Source: a virus (Duplodnaviria; Caudoviricetes). From it: 64,000 nucleotides of DNA. The stretch's first letter is position 1. Each line of letters opens with the position of its first letter. The position numbers were made by a program, and so were the translations under genes. Shown here in pieces: positions 28,306-37,516 of the stretch. The stretch lies in the IMG/VR virus record IMGVR_UViG_3300035661_000005. One strand, 5' to 3'. Under the pieces are notes generated by a model. It ran no database searches and was not told where the DNA came from. It was given only the letters and a program-made list of their open reading frames with translations.

Positions 28306-29268
28306 ATGCCCTTCAGCCCCGAACAGCTTGCCAACATCAAGATCGTCGTCACTCACGAGAACTGCCAGGACGGGATGGCCTCGGCCCTCCTTCTGAAGGA
28401 TGCCTTGCGGGACCGGCCGGTCGACATCCGGTTCGTGCAGCACGGAACGGTGGCCCTTGCGGAGCTGAAGGCGGAGCCCGGGATGCTCTTCTGCGACTTC
28501 GCGCCCCCGGCGGAGCGGGCCCAGGAGTTCCTGGAGGCGGGGGCCCTCATCCTCGACCACCACCGGACCGCCAGGGCCGTCGTGGAGTCCTTCGGGGCCA
28601 ACGGCATCTTCGCGGACGAGAAGGCGAACCCGGGCGTCTGTGGGGCCGTCCTGGCCTACGAGCACGTCTGGAAGCCGCTCAACCCGGAGCCCGTATCGCA
28701 CGAAGCGGCGTGGATCGAGAACTTCGCCCGTCTCGCGGGCATCCGGGACACCTGGCAGCGGCAGAGCCCGGACTGGGAGAAGGCGTGTGCCCAGGCGGAG
28801 CTGCTCTTCTTCATGGGCCCCGATCGGCTCCTCGCGGGCACGCTGTCCGGGCTGGCGGCCAAGTGGGCGACGGACTTCACCTGGATCGGCGACGTGCTCA
28901 TGGAGCGCAACGCCCGGTCGGTCCAGAAGGGGATCAAGGGGGCCTTCCGGTTCAAGACCGGCAATGGGCTCCGGGTCATCATGTTCGAGGGTGTCAGCAA
29001 GTCGAGCGACACCGCCGAGGCCGTGGGGTCGGAGTTCGACCTCGTGATCGGCTTCGGCTACGTGTGCGACGACCCGGCCCGGCCCCCGAAGCTCATCCTC
29101 TCAACCCGCTCCCACACGGACTTCGACTGCGCGGCGTTCGTCAGCCGGTTCGGCGGGGGCGGGCACACCAAGGCGGCCGGCTGCACCATCGAGGCGGAGC
29201 CCCTGGAGGCGACCCCGAACCCCTACAAGCTCGTGATGGACCTCCTCGACCTCCATGAGCGAGGCTGA
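28306..29268 (+). CDS. DHH/DHHA1 phosphoesterase (NrnB/oligoribonuclease-like)
   Basis: VTHENCQDG, CDFA, ILDHHRT, GGGGHTKAAG. Confidence 0.9.
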   Translation: MPFSPEQLANIKIVVTHENCQDGMASALLLKDALRDRPVDIRFVQHGTVALAELKAEPGMLFCDFAPPAERAQEFLEAGALILDHHRTARAVVESFGANGIFADEKANPGVCGAVLAYEHVWKPLNPEPVSHEAAWIENFARLAGIRDTWQRQSPDWEKACAQAELLFFMGPDRLLAGTLSGLAAKWATDFTWIGDVLMERNARSVQKGIKGAFRFKTGNGLRVIMFEGVSKSSDTAEAVGSEFDLVIGFGYVCDDPARPPKLILSTRSHTDFDCAAFVSRFGGGGHTKAAGCTIEAEPLEATPNPYKLVMDLLDLHERG

Positions 29269-29425
29269 CCGCTACACGATCCTCCGGCCGAACCGGCCTC
29301 CCCTGTCCTTCGTGGACCCGCGGGAGGCCGTTCGGTACCTGATCCGGACGACCGGCCCCGCCAAGATGCTCGACCGGCGCGGGAGGGTCCTGATGCCCTG
29401 CGTGCTGGTCGAACAGATCGGCTGA
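29255..29425 (+). CDS. 56-aa hypothetical protein
   Basis: Translated manually (MSEADRYTILRPNR...); codon bias. Confidence 0.55.
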   Translation: MSEADRYTILRPNRPPLSFVDPREAVRYLIRTTGPAKMLDRRGRVLMPCVLVEQIG

Positions 29426-29438
29426 CGCGACGGTCCGC

Positions 29439-31094
29439 CTACTTCGCTTGCAGATAGCGAGCGACGACGCGGGCCTGCATCGAGGAGAGGACAGAGCGGA
29501 ACGACTCAAGCTGGTCCCGCGTCATCTCTTTCTCGGTCACGTAGTAAGAAAAGGCCTCCGCGAACGCTTCGCTTTCGTTGCTCGCCCCGTAGGTCGAGAC
29601 CGGAAGCACAGGACGCCGATCCTCGGGGGAGACCTGTCGCTTCATCGCGTTCTCGACTTGATCGAGGAACATGAGCGCGTGCGTCAGATACCCCGCCTGA
29701 AGTTCCCAGGCGACGTCGATCCAGTGGTAGACCCGCCGCAGATTGTCTCGCGCGGTGAGAGGCTCGTACTGCCCGACCCCCGGGATGTCCTTGAGCGCCT
29801 CCAGGTGCGCGGTGAGCTTCTGCTGCGCCGTAACTGCATCCTCGTAGGCGTTCTTCGGCAGCCCACCGAGAAGCCCGGGCGACGAGAACTCGACGAGGTT
29901 CGGCGGCTCCACGTACTGCATCGAATCCGTGAGCGTCGCGTGCTGGAGCGCGTCGGCGATCATCTCGTCCGGGGTGACCTGTGCATCCGGGGGCGTCACG
30001 AACTTGTCGGCCTTCGAGAGATCCTCTTTGAGACGCTTGAGGGCGCTCGGAAGATAGTCGATGAACGTCCCCAGCTCTTTGCGGGCGGCCTGGGTTTTTG
30101 ACTCCCATCGTCGCGGATCGACCACGGGGTCCGTCTTCACGCGGAGCAGTGACTCGAACTTCCGTCGCTGTCCCTCGTGCATGAACTTGAACCAGTAGCG
30201 GTGCCCCAGCTCGTGCGCGAGCAGTTCCACAACGCCATGACTGGGACGCTGGTAGATGTTCACGACGTCGGGGCCGTAGGGGTAGTCGCCGCCGACACCG
30301 TACTCCGAGCCGTTCGGGTTGACCCCCCCACACTCGTCGCACTTCACGAAGATCGTCCCGTACCAGACGCGATCGAGCTTCTTCGCCTTGAGCATGTGGT
30401 ACGTCTCGTCGAAGAGCCGGACGTACTTCTTGGCGAGGTTCGAGTTCACGGTGCGGTCGTCGATGACGACCTTCATCCCGTAGAGATCGAACTGCGACTC
30501 GGCGCTCTGACCCCAGTCCTTCTCGATCCGCTCCGGGTTGACCTTGCGGGCTTCTTCGATCTCTGCGGCCTCGGCTCGAAGAAGCCCCAACACGTCGTCG
30601 AAGAGTTCGGTGAGGTGCCCATTTCGGGTCTTGTTCCAACGCCCCTTGGACGGGTCCGGGCGGGTCTGGACCTGAACTTCCAGCATCTCGTGGAACTTCG
30701 TCCGGTATAGCTCGAACATCCGTTCGGCATCTTCCGGCGTGAACGTCCCTAGGGGCATCCTGGTCGTGTGCGTCGCAACGCGCATCCAGTGCTGGGCCTT
30801 GCCCCGGAGGTCCAGCACCTGATCCCGAAGCTTCTTGAGCGCGACCCGCAGCTTGTTGGGCCGTTCCTTCGACTCGGAGTTCACCATCGAGGGGGACAGG
30901 CGGACGAGTCGGATCTGCTCCTCTAGCTTGTCGACGAACGCCACGAGCTTGTCGAAGGCTCGAAGCACGTCGTGCCAATCCGAGATCGTAGGATGCAGAA
31001 GCGAGAGCCACCCACGACGCACGGCCATGAGCCAAGACTTCGTGAGCATCTCGGCCTGGAACTGACGGGCCACACGTTCTTGCACGGAGATCAT
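29439..31094 (-). CDS. Zinc metallopeptidase, anthrax lethal factor-like (paralog 1)
   Basis: AHELGHRYW plus downstream YGASNESEAFAEAF, the LF-type Tyr and third-ligand Glu arrangement; RVARQF and RVVARYL tags. Confidence 0.8.
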   Translation of the reverse strand: MISVQERVARQFQAEMLTKSWLMAVRRGWLSLLHPTISDWHDVLRAFDKLVAFVDKLEEQIRLVRLSPSMVNSESKERPNKLRVALKKLRDQVLDLRGKAQHWMRVATHTTRMPLGTFTPEDAERMFELYRTKFHEMLEVQVQTRPDPSKGRWNKTRNGHLTELFDDVLGLLRAEAAEIEEARKVNPERIEKDWGQSAESQFDLYGMKVVIDDRTVNSNLAKKYVRLFDETYHMLKAKKLDRVWYGTIFVKCDECGGVNPNGSEYGVGGDYPYGPDVVNIYQRPSHGVVELLAHELGHRYWFKFMHEGQRRKFESLLRVKTDPVVDPRRWESKTQAARKELGTFIDYLPSALKRLKEDLSKADKFVTPPDAQVTPDEMIADALQHATLTDSMQYVEPPNLVEFSSPGLLGGLPKNAYEDAVTAQQKLTAHLEALKDIPGVGQYEPLTARDNLRRVYHWIDVAWELQAGYLTHALMFLDQVENAMKRQVSPEDRRPVLPVSTYGASNESEAFAEAFSYYVTEKEMTRDQLESFRSVLSSMQARVVARYLQAK

Positions 31095-32605
31095 TGCGCG
31101 CCCTCATCGGTAAGCGATGGGATACCCATTTCTTTGAGGAACCGGGCCACCACCTTAGAAGACATCGAGGAGATCACGGACCGGAACGATTCGAGCTGAT
31201 CTCGGGTGATCTCCCGCTCCATGACGTAGTGCATGAAGACCTCGGCGAAGGCCTCGCGAATGTTCGATTCGCCGTAGTCAGAGACAGGCGCCACACGCGA
31301 TTCGTCCCTCGGGTCGAACTTCTGGGCTTCGTTCGCGATACGGCGAGCGTATGCCTCGACCGCCTCCGCCCAGCCCTTGAAGGCCTCGTCCCAGGGTTTG
31401 TGTGTCTTCTTGATGGTCGCCTCGAAGCGCGTCCACGAGTTCGCGATCTCCGCGAGCTTCTCGGAGTCCTCGGCAAGCGGTCGGATGCCCGCTTCCGACG
31501 TGTACTTGCTGAGCGTCGTCACGAGCGTCTGGATGTTCCTCACGTAGCCCGCCACAAGGTCGTTGAAGTCTCGCTTCACGTCGCTCGGGAGCAGGTCCCG
31601 ACGCTGATAGCCCATCGCAGCGTCGACCAGTTGCTTGCACGCCCAGTAGATTTTCTGGATCGGGTTCGCCATCGGCACCTTCGGCCGATGCTTGTTCCGA
31701 TCCGGCGCGCGAACCAAGTCCTCGAACTTGGCGCGCTGGCCCGAGTCCATGCTCTTGAACCAGTAGCGGTGCCCCAGCTCGTGAAGCACGAGTTCGATGA
31801 CGAAACGTGCGGGCCGCGTGAAGATGCGCACGACGTCTTCGCGGGACGTGTAGTTTCCGCCGACGCCTCTCGACGTGTTCGGATTCTCGCCGCCGCAGCT
31901 CTCGCACTCGATCAAGACGGTCCCGTACCACGCCTTGTGGAGCTTCTTCGCGCGCAGGAGCGCGTACGCCTCGTCGAGAAGCCGAATGTAGTCGCGAATC
32001 TGCTTCGCGGTGACCGTCTTGTCGTTGACGACGATCTTCATCCCGTAGAGGTCGAACTCCTTGAAGCTCGGCTGCCCCCACGTGCTCTCGGTGCCCTCGG
32101 GGTCTACGTCGAGAGACTTGTCGATCTTCCTCGCGTCGGAACGAAGATCCGCGAAGAGCTTGTCGATCAGCTCGGTGATCTCACCCTCGCGCGTGCCGCT
32201 TGGTGCCTTCGGTGCCTTGAAACGAGTCGTCAGGAGCTGCGGAAACTTTGTCCGGTACAGCTCGAACATCTTCTCACCTTCGGCTGGGTCCGCCCAGTCT
32301 CGGATCCCAGTGGCGACCTCGTGCCAATGCCTCGCGCTGTATCGGTTGTCCTTGATCGCGGCCTCGATGCGATCAAACTGTACGTCGAGAGCCGTCTCCA
32401 AGGACTTGGGCGCGCGGCGAACGAAGTTCACCTGCGCTCGAAGGTTCTTGATGTACGCGAGCAGGCCGTCGAACGCCTTGAAAACGTCCTGCCACGTCTC
32501 GATGTGCGGGTTCGTCAGGTGCTCCCATGCGCGCTGGACGCCCGCGAGCCAATCCTTCGTCAGAAGCTCCGCCTCGAATGTGCGTGAGATTCGATCAAGG
32601 CTCAT
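31091..32605 (-). CDS. Zinc metallopeptidase, lethal factor-like (paralog 2)
   Basis: LHELGHRYW, YGESNIREAFAEVF; colinear with paralog 1; true start MSLDRISRTF at 32605. Confidence 0.8.
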   Translation of the reverse strand: MSLDRISRTFEAELLTKDWLAGVQRAWEHLTNPHIETWQDVFKAFDGLLAYIKNLRAQVNFVRRAPKSLETALDVQFDRIEAAIKDNRYSARHWHEVATGIRDWADPAEGEKMFELYRTKFPQLLTTRFKAPKAPSGTREGEITELIDKLFADLRSDARKIDKSLDVDPEGTESTWGQPSFKEFDLYGMKIVVNDKTVTAKQIRDYIRLLDEAYALLRAKKLHKAWYGTVLIECESCGGENPNTSRGVGGNYTSREDVVRIFTRPARFVIELVLHELGHRYWFKSMDSGQRAKFEDLVRAPDRNKHRPKVPMANPIQKIYWACKQLVDAAMGYQRRDLLPSDVKRDFNDLVAGYVRNIQTLVTTLSKYTSEAGIRPLAEDSEKLAEIANSWTRFEATIKKTHKPWDEAFKGWAEAVEAYARRIANEAQKFDPRDESRVAPVSDYGESNIREAFAEVFMHYVMEREITRDQLESFRSVISSMSSKVVARFLKEMGIPSLTDEGAQ

Positions 32606-32609
32606 CGTC

Positions 32610-33884
32610 CTACTCCGTCGACAGAAACCGCGTGACCACCCGGGCGGAGAGCTTGCTCTGCCACAGTGCGCCCGAAAGGCTCTGCCACTTACGCTCCGTG
32701 AACGACTCGCCTCGATCGAGCTTGTCGACCCCGCTCGCGATCTTGAACTGCCTGAAGCCGCGTTCGAGGACAACTTTCTGCTTGTCTGAGAGCGTCTCCC
32801 AGGTCTTGCCGCGACCCATCTGGCGGGCGATGGAGTCCGCGAAGTCCATCATGAACTTGTTGCCCGCAGCCGTCGCCGCTTCCCCGAGGCGGCGCACTTT
32901 GTCGAGCATCTCGTTGCCCGCCCCGGCCGGGGGATGCGAGACGGGTTTGGGGGCGGGATCCGGCGGAGCAGCCTTCGCCTTCTCCGCCTGCTTGTCCTTC
33001 TCGATGACCCTGTGCGCGGTGTTCTTGGCGGCCTCCAAGTCCTTGAAGATGGAGGGGCCGCGGTAGATACTCTCGCCGTTCTTCTGAACGTACAGCGTCC
33101 ACCCTTCGATGTTGTCGTACTGGGTCAACCGCACGTAGAGACTGGCCTCGTACGGCGGCTCCTGGTAGGTCCACTTGCCAGGTCCGGCGAAGAACCCGTC
33201 GCTGGGCACCCAGCCCTCGCGTCGGAACTCACGGCCAAGCGCCTCAAGCTCGTGGACCTCCTCTTTCCTGCGGCGCTCCTCTTCCTCTTTCTTGTGGCGC
33301 TCGGCCTCTTGCTCCGCCTGTGCCTTGCGGCGCAGCTCTTCGATCATGGGCAGCTTCGGCGCGTACCTCGAATGGAGCGCATTGAGGTACTGCTCCTGCT
33401 TGGGGGACAGGGCGTACCCACGACCGAGCTTCCCGGCCATGTCCCGTAGGAAGGCGGCGCCCTTGGCGTCGCCCAGCAGGTGCGCGACCTCCGACAACTG
33501 CTCGGTCGGACGATCCGTCCGAGACTCGTAGCGCGGGGTGCTCTTGGGCAGGATCGCGCGAGGAAGACGTCCGCCTGCGAAGGTCTCGCCAGCGTACTCC
33601 CTGCCGACGTACCAACTGTTACCCTCGTTGTCGTGGGCGTACCCATCGGCGTCGACGTAGACCTCAGACGCCTGCTTCATCATCGCGAGTCGGACGAGAG
33701 CGCGGTACATGGCCGTCTTCCCCATGCTGAGCGGAAACGTGACCTCGATCCCATCGTTTTCGGAGTTGCCGCCCCAGAGAACCACATCGCCGACTCCCCA
33801 CTCGATGGGCGGGAACGACAACCCTTCAACCACCTTAAGGAGACGAGCCATCTCCAACGGGACTCGGATTCCGATCACCGCCAT
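32610..33884 (-). CDS. Mosaic hypothetical protein with C-terminal RVVTRFL tag
   Basis: N-terminal ~70 aa resembles a collapsed 2H-phosphoesterase; two LSxKQ modules; coiled coil. Confidence 0.8.
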   Translation of the reverse strand: MAVIGIRVPLEMARLLKVVEGLSFPPIEWGVGDVVLWGGNSENDGIEVTFPLSMGKTAMYRALVRLAMMKQASEVYVDADGYAHDNEGNSWYVGREYAGETFAGGRLPRAILPKSTPRYESRTDRPTEQLSEVAHLLGDAKGAAFLRDMAGKLGRGYALSPKQEQYLNALHSRYAPKLPMIEELRRKAQAEQEAERHKKEEEERRRKEEVHELEALGREFRREGWVPSDGFFAGPGKWTYQEPPYEASLYVRLTQYDNIEGWTLYVQKNGESIYRGPSIFKDLEAAKNTAHRVIEKDKQAEKAKAAPPDPAPKPVSHPPAGAGNEMLDKVRRLGEAATAAGNKFMMDFADSIARQMGRGKTWETLSDKQKVVLERGFRQFKIASGVDKLDRGESFTERKWQSLSGALWQSKLSARVVTRFLSTE

Positions 33885-33909
33885 GTCGTAAGGGCTACCT
33901 GAAAAGAAG

Positions 33910-33938
33910 TTGTTTCATGAGGTAAGTGAGAGTATAAT
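33910..33938 (+). promoter_or_regulatory. Sigma70-type promoter TTGTTT-N17-TATAAT
   Basis: Consensus -10 in an AT-richer patch at the start of the endonuclease gene. Confidence 0.55.
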
Positions 33939-34581
33939 GAGGGTGTCGACTTACATCCTGATAGACCCTAAAACAGAGGAGATCTGCTACGTCGGGTGGA
34001 CCACCTACCCGCTACAACAGCGGCTACGATGGCACCTCCGTGAACGAAAGCGCTCCCATCGAACGCACTGGCTTCAAGGTCTAGTGCGGCAAGGGCTCGC
34101 CCCTCGCATCCAACACATACAAGAGGTCCCCATCGGAAGTTGGGAGCAAGCGGAACGGTATTGGATCTCGTTTTTCCGCAGCATTGGATGCCCGCTCGTG
34201 AACGGCACCGATGGTGGGGAGGGGATGCGTGGGCACGTCGTAACAGAGGAAACGAGAGCCAAACTTCGACGTGCCGCGTTGCGACAGTTTCAAGATCCGA
34301 AGGCACGTACCGCAGTGGGTCGGATCCACAAGGGGAAGAGGATCTCCGACGAACACAAGCAACGTATTGCCGAGGGCACGAAGAGGCGGTGGGCCGAGTG
34401 GCGGGCCTCTGGGAAGAGCGTGTCTGAAGAGACCTGTGCGAAGATCAGCGCCTCCAGAAAAGGACAGCGGCTCACCGAGGAGCACAAGGCCAAAATCAGT
34501 ACCACCACGAAAGGAAGGCCCAAGTCCGAGGAGCACAAGGCCAAGATCGCAGCGGCACTGCGGAATCGGAAGGCGTACTAA
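33937..34581 (+). mobile_element. Free-standing GIY-YIG homing endonuclease with NUMOD3-like repeats
   Basis: TYILID...CYVGWT, R..H, EQAERYWI, LVNGTDGGEG, repeated SEE(T/H)KAKIS motifs; lower GC than neighbours. Confidence 0.9.
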
Positions 34582-34605
34582 AGATTTTAACGTCGCCTCT
34601 GGGGT

Positions 34606-35090
34606 ATGCCCCTGGATCTCCCCGCCCGCGCCGGTTCCGAACGTGATCTCGCCATCCTCCACCGGGTCGCCGAAGGTCGCCACGACCCGATCGAATGGGC
34701 GTCCATCACCTCGACGTACGAAGGCCACACGGCCGGGGTGCGGATCAAATGTGTCCGCCTCGCTCCAGCAGCAGATCGCGGATCTTCTCGACTGCGTGCT
34801 GCTCACGCCGAAGCTCGCGGACCTCATCTGGCTCCAGCGACAGGTGACGCTCCCGCCGTTCCCCCGATGGAACACGAACAGGATGGACACCACCCAGGCG
34901 ATGATCGATCACTCGAAGAAGATCGACGACGCGCTGGCGGCCCTCGGCAACCCCACCGGCCTCATTTCGACGATCGGTAAGCACTGGCTCATCGACAACG
35001 ACAATGACGGCCACCTGATCTACGGCGTCCCGTGTGCGGAGAACTACGGCTGGCACTTCGACGGACCCAGCTACCAAGGGTGCTACGGGC
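34606..35090 (+). pseudogene. Frameshifted, truncated phage gene
   Basis: Coding-like frame MPLDLP...GVRI continues in another frame as NVSASLQQQIADLL...ENYGWHF after an extra A at ATCAAATGT; no clean 3' end. Confidence 0.6.
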
Positions 35091-35195
35091 CGCCAGGCTC
35101 GCTCCCCGCGTGCCCCTTGCGGGGGCCGGTGTTGTCTGTAGTTACACCGGACGGGGGCCGGCGACCGATAATCTATTTTTCAGTCCACCGTGGGC

Positions 35196-35459
35196 ATGAC
35201 CTACGATCGTCGAATGAAGGTGGCTGGTGGACACGACGCCAAGGGTACGTACGACTGGCTGGAGAAGGCCCGGGAGAACATGGCCGGCATCGGTGCCGAC
35301 GCCTACGTGGCCCTCGAACAGGTCGCTCGCTTCTCGGACGTTCCCGAGGCCGCCAGGTTCGCCAAGGCGCTCAGGGACCGGCTCGTGGAGATGGAGAAGC
35401 TCATCGAGATCTACCTCCACAACAACCGCGATCTGACCCGTCCGCCCCCGCGCGTCTGA
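35196..35459 (+). CDS. Hypothetical protein
   Basis: Codon bias; MTYDRRMKVAGG. Confidence 0.75.
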   Translation: MTYDRRMKVAGGHDAKGTYDWLEKARENMAGIGADAYVALEQVARFSDVPEAARFAKALRDRLVEMEKLIEIYLHNNRDLTRPPPRV

Positions 35460-35486
35460 GGCTTCCGCCCCCGCGCGTCTGAGGCT
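35441..35486. repeat. Perfect tandem duplication, 23 bp x2, spanning a stop codon
   Basis: TCCGCCCCCGCGCGTCTGAGGCT twice. Confidence 0.95.
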
Positions 35487-35489
35487 TCC

Positions 35490-35984
35490 GTGATCGACCG
35501 TTTTCGCGTTGTCGCCCGTTTCCTAGAGGCTCGGCCCACGGGTCCGGCCAAGGGCTGGGAACGTCGCAAGGAGAACGACAGCCTGGCGGAAAACAGCATC
35601 CCGCCGGAGCATCTTCTCTTCTGGCGGAAGATCAAGAACCACTTCAAGGGCACGCCAGATCAGCGAGCCGAGCAGTTCATGGAGTACCTCGACCTCCATC
35701 CCGGTGAGAGCGACGAGTGGCTCTTCGAACATGCCGATAAGGAGTTGGGGAAGGCGACCCGGAAGCACGAGCGCGAGCAGATGGTGAACCACAAGCTGGA
35801 GCAGAACTGCGACAAGGCCCAGACCAAGTACGAGGACGCCTGGTACAAGGAGCAGGAGCGTCAGACGCAGGAGAAGGCCAAGCTCAAGGCGCTCCAGGAG
35901 CGGGCCAATTCGACCTGCCGGGCGTGCCCAACCTGCGAACAGGTTGGCGACAACAAGCCCTACGACGACGTGGTTCCGTTCTGA
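35490..35984 (+). CDS. Hypothetical protein with N-terminal RVVARFL tag and DDVVPF tail
   Basis: Codon bias; CRACPTC near the C-terminus. Confidence 0.8.
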   Translation: MIDRFRVVARFLEARPTGPAKGWERRKENDSLAENSIPPEHLLFWRKIKNHFKGTPDQRAEQFMEYLDLHPGESDEWLFEHADKELGKATRKHEREQMVNHKLEQNCDKAQTKYEDAWYKEQERQTQEKAKLKALQERANSTCRACPTCEQVGDNKPYDDVVPF

Positions 35985-36277
35985 GCAGTGCTTGCAGGTC
36001 ACCTTGGACTCGTCCTCGGTGATGTTCTTCGGCGTGGCGGTGCGACACGGCGCACCGCCACGCGTAGACGTTGCCCTTGACGTGCATCGCCGGGAAGCCC
36101 TCCTTCTTGACGGGCGGTGACATCATCGATGACCCGCTCCAGGATGTGCGTCTCGGAGAGCTTGGCCCAACGATGAACGTGGGGTCGATCCCGGGCGGGC
36201 AGGAGACGTCATCGGCGGTCACCCCCGGTTCAGGCGCTTGACGGGGGCTTCATTCCTCCTCTTATACATCTGGCAAG

Positions 36278-37126
36278 GTGATGGCTTCGGAGAGAAGCAT
36301 GTCCCAGATGACCGAACGGGTGGCGGCCCGCTACAAGTCGAAGAAGCGGATCAAGACGCAGGACGGCGACACGATGACGGTCTACGAGTACTCGGACCGT
36401 CAGATCGCGAACCGCCACAAGCAGAAGGCGGAACGCTACGAGAAGCTCAAGGGCAAAATCAGCGACCTCCAGGCAAAGGTCAAGAAAGACCTGAAGTCCG
36501 ACGACCCGGAGAAGAAGCTGACGGCCCTCGCCGTGGCCCTGATAGACCACACGTACGAGCGCGTCGGCAACGACGAGTCGGCCCAGGACGGGCACTTCGG
36601 CGTGACAGGATGGCAGCGCAAACACCTGAGCTTCGGCCGGGACGTTTCCCTGAATTACGTTGGGAAGTCGGGCGTCAAGCACAAGAAGAAGGTTACGGAC
36701 GCGGCCATCAAAAAGGCCCTGCGGGACGCCTACGAGGCCCACGAGGAGGAGGATGCCTGCCTCTTCGAGTGGGAGGGTGGCAAGGTCTCCGCGGAGCATG
36801 TGAACACCTACCTGAAGGACTTCGGTGTGACGGCGAAGGACCTCCGTGGCTTCCACGCGAATCGCGAGATGGTCGACCGACTCAAGGCGGTCCGGAAGGG
36901 CAAGCTCCCCGAGGACAAGAAGGAACGGGAGAAGCAGCTCAAGGACGAATTCAAGACCGCCTTGGAGGAGACGGCTGAGATCGTCGGTCACGAGCCGGCC
37001 ACGCTGAGGTCGCAGTACCTCGTGCCGAACCTCGAAGACTCCTATGTGAAGGACGGGACGATCATCTCCTCTTACACGAAGAGCGCGTCCGAGCGGATCG
37101 TCGAGCGTTACCTGGCGGTCCGATGA
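36278..37126 (+). CDS. DNA topoisomerase IB, catalytic-domain-only form
   Basis: Pentad R (YERVGN), K (VGKSG), R (TAKDLRG), H (IVGHE), Y (RSQYL). Confidence 0.88.
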   Translation: MMASERSMSQMTERVAARYKSKKRIKTQDGDTMTVYEYSDRQIANRHKQKAERYEKLKGKISDLQAKVKKDLKSDDPEKKLTALAVALIDHTYERVGNDESAQDGHFGVTGWQRKHLSFGRDVSLNYVGKSGVKHKKKVTDAAIKKALRDAYEAHEEEDACLFEWEGGKVSAEHVNTYLKDFGVTAKDLRGFHANREMVDRLKAVRKGKLPEDKKEREKQLKDEFKTALEETAEIVGHEPATLRSQYLVPNLEDSYVKDGTIISSYTKSASERIVERYLAVR

Positions 37127-37170
37127 GCCTTGCCTCGCGGGTCCTCAGCCGGTTAGTAGATCCGTCCTAG
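37123..37170 (+). pseudogene. 15-codon tag-only stub MSLASRVLSRLVDPS
   Basis: ATGA-coupled to topoisomerase; encodes only the tag before running into an oppositely oriented remnant. Confidence 0.5.
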
Positions 37171-37430
37171 AGGGCGTCGGCCAGCACGGTGCGGAAGGAC
37201 TCGATCTGGTCCTGATCCATGTCCCTATCGTACACGTAGTGGAGGAACGCCTCGGCAAACGCCTCCTCGATGCTGCTCTTGCCGTAGTTGGACACTGGCG
37301 CGACGGGCTTCTTCCAACCTTCCAGATCGACGGGCCCACTCGGGAAGTCCCGGACCTTGACGGAGCTGTTCGTCCGCACGAGGTCATTGAATCGCGCACG
37401 GTTGGCGGGCGTCATGAACTTGAACCAATA
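37167..37430 (-). pseudogene. C-terminal remnant of a fourth LF-like metallopeptidase
   Basis: YWFKFM...VSNYGKSSIEEAFAEAF...QIESFRTVL matches paralogs 1 and 2, but HELGH and everything upstream is missing. Confidence 0.8.
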
Positions 37431-37462
37431 GGACTGTGCGCCACGACGAAGGCCGCCCCCGG

Positions 37463-37490
37463 TTGATCGCGCAAACCTCGCCGATGTAGA
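37463..37490 (+). promoter_or_regulatory. TTGATC-N16-TGTAGA promoter
   Basis: Exact motif; GGAGG SD before 37517. Confidence 0.8.
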
Positions 37491-37516
37491 GCGGGAAGCC
37501 GTTCCGGAGGGACTTC

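Noticed and set aside
32606-32773. 5' extensions given by the ORF track (31091-32773, 41675-43174, 46792-48660, 48822-50588, 38710-39753)
   Set aside because: The extensions overlap neighbouring genes or promoters and are low-complexity; downstream ATGs fit coupling and motif starts better
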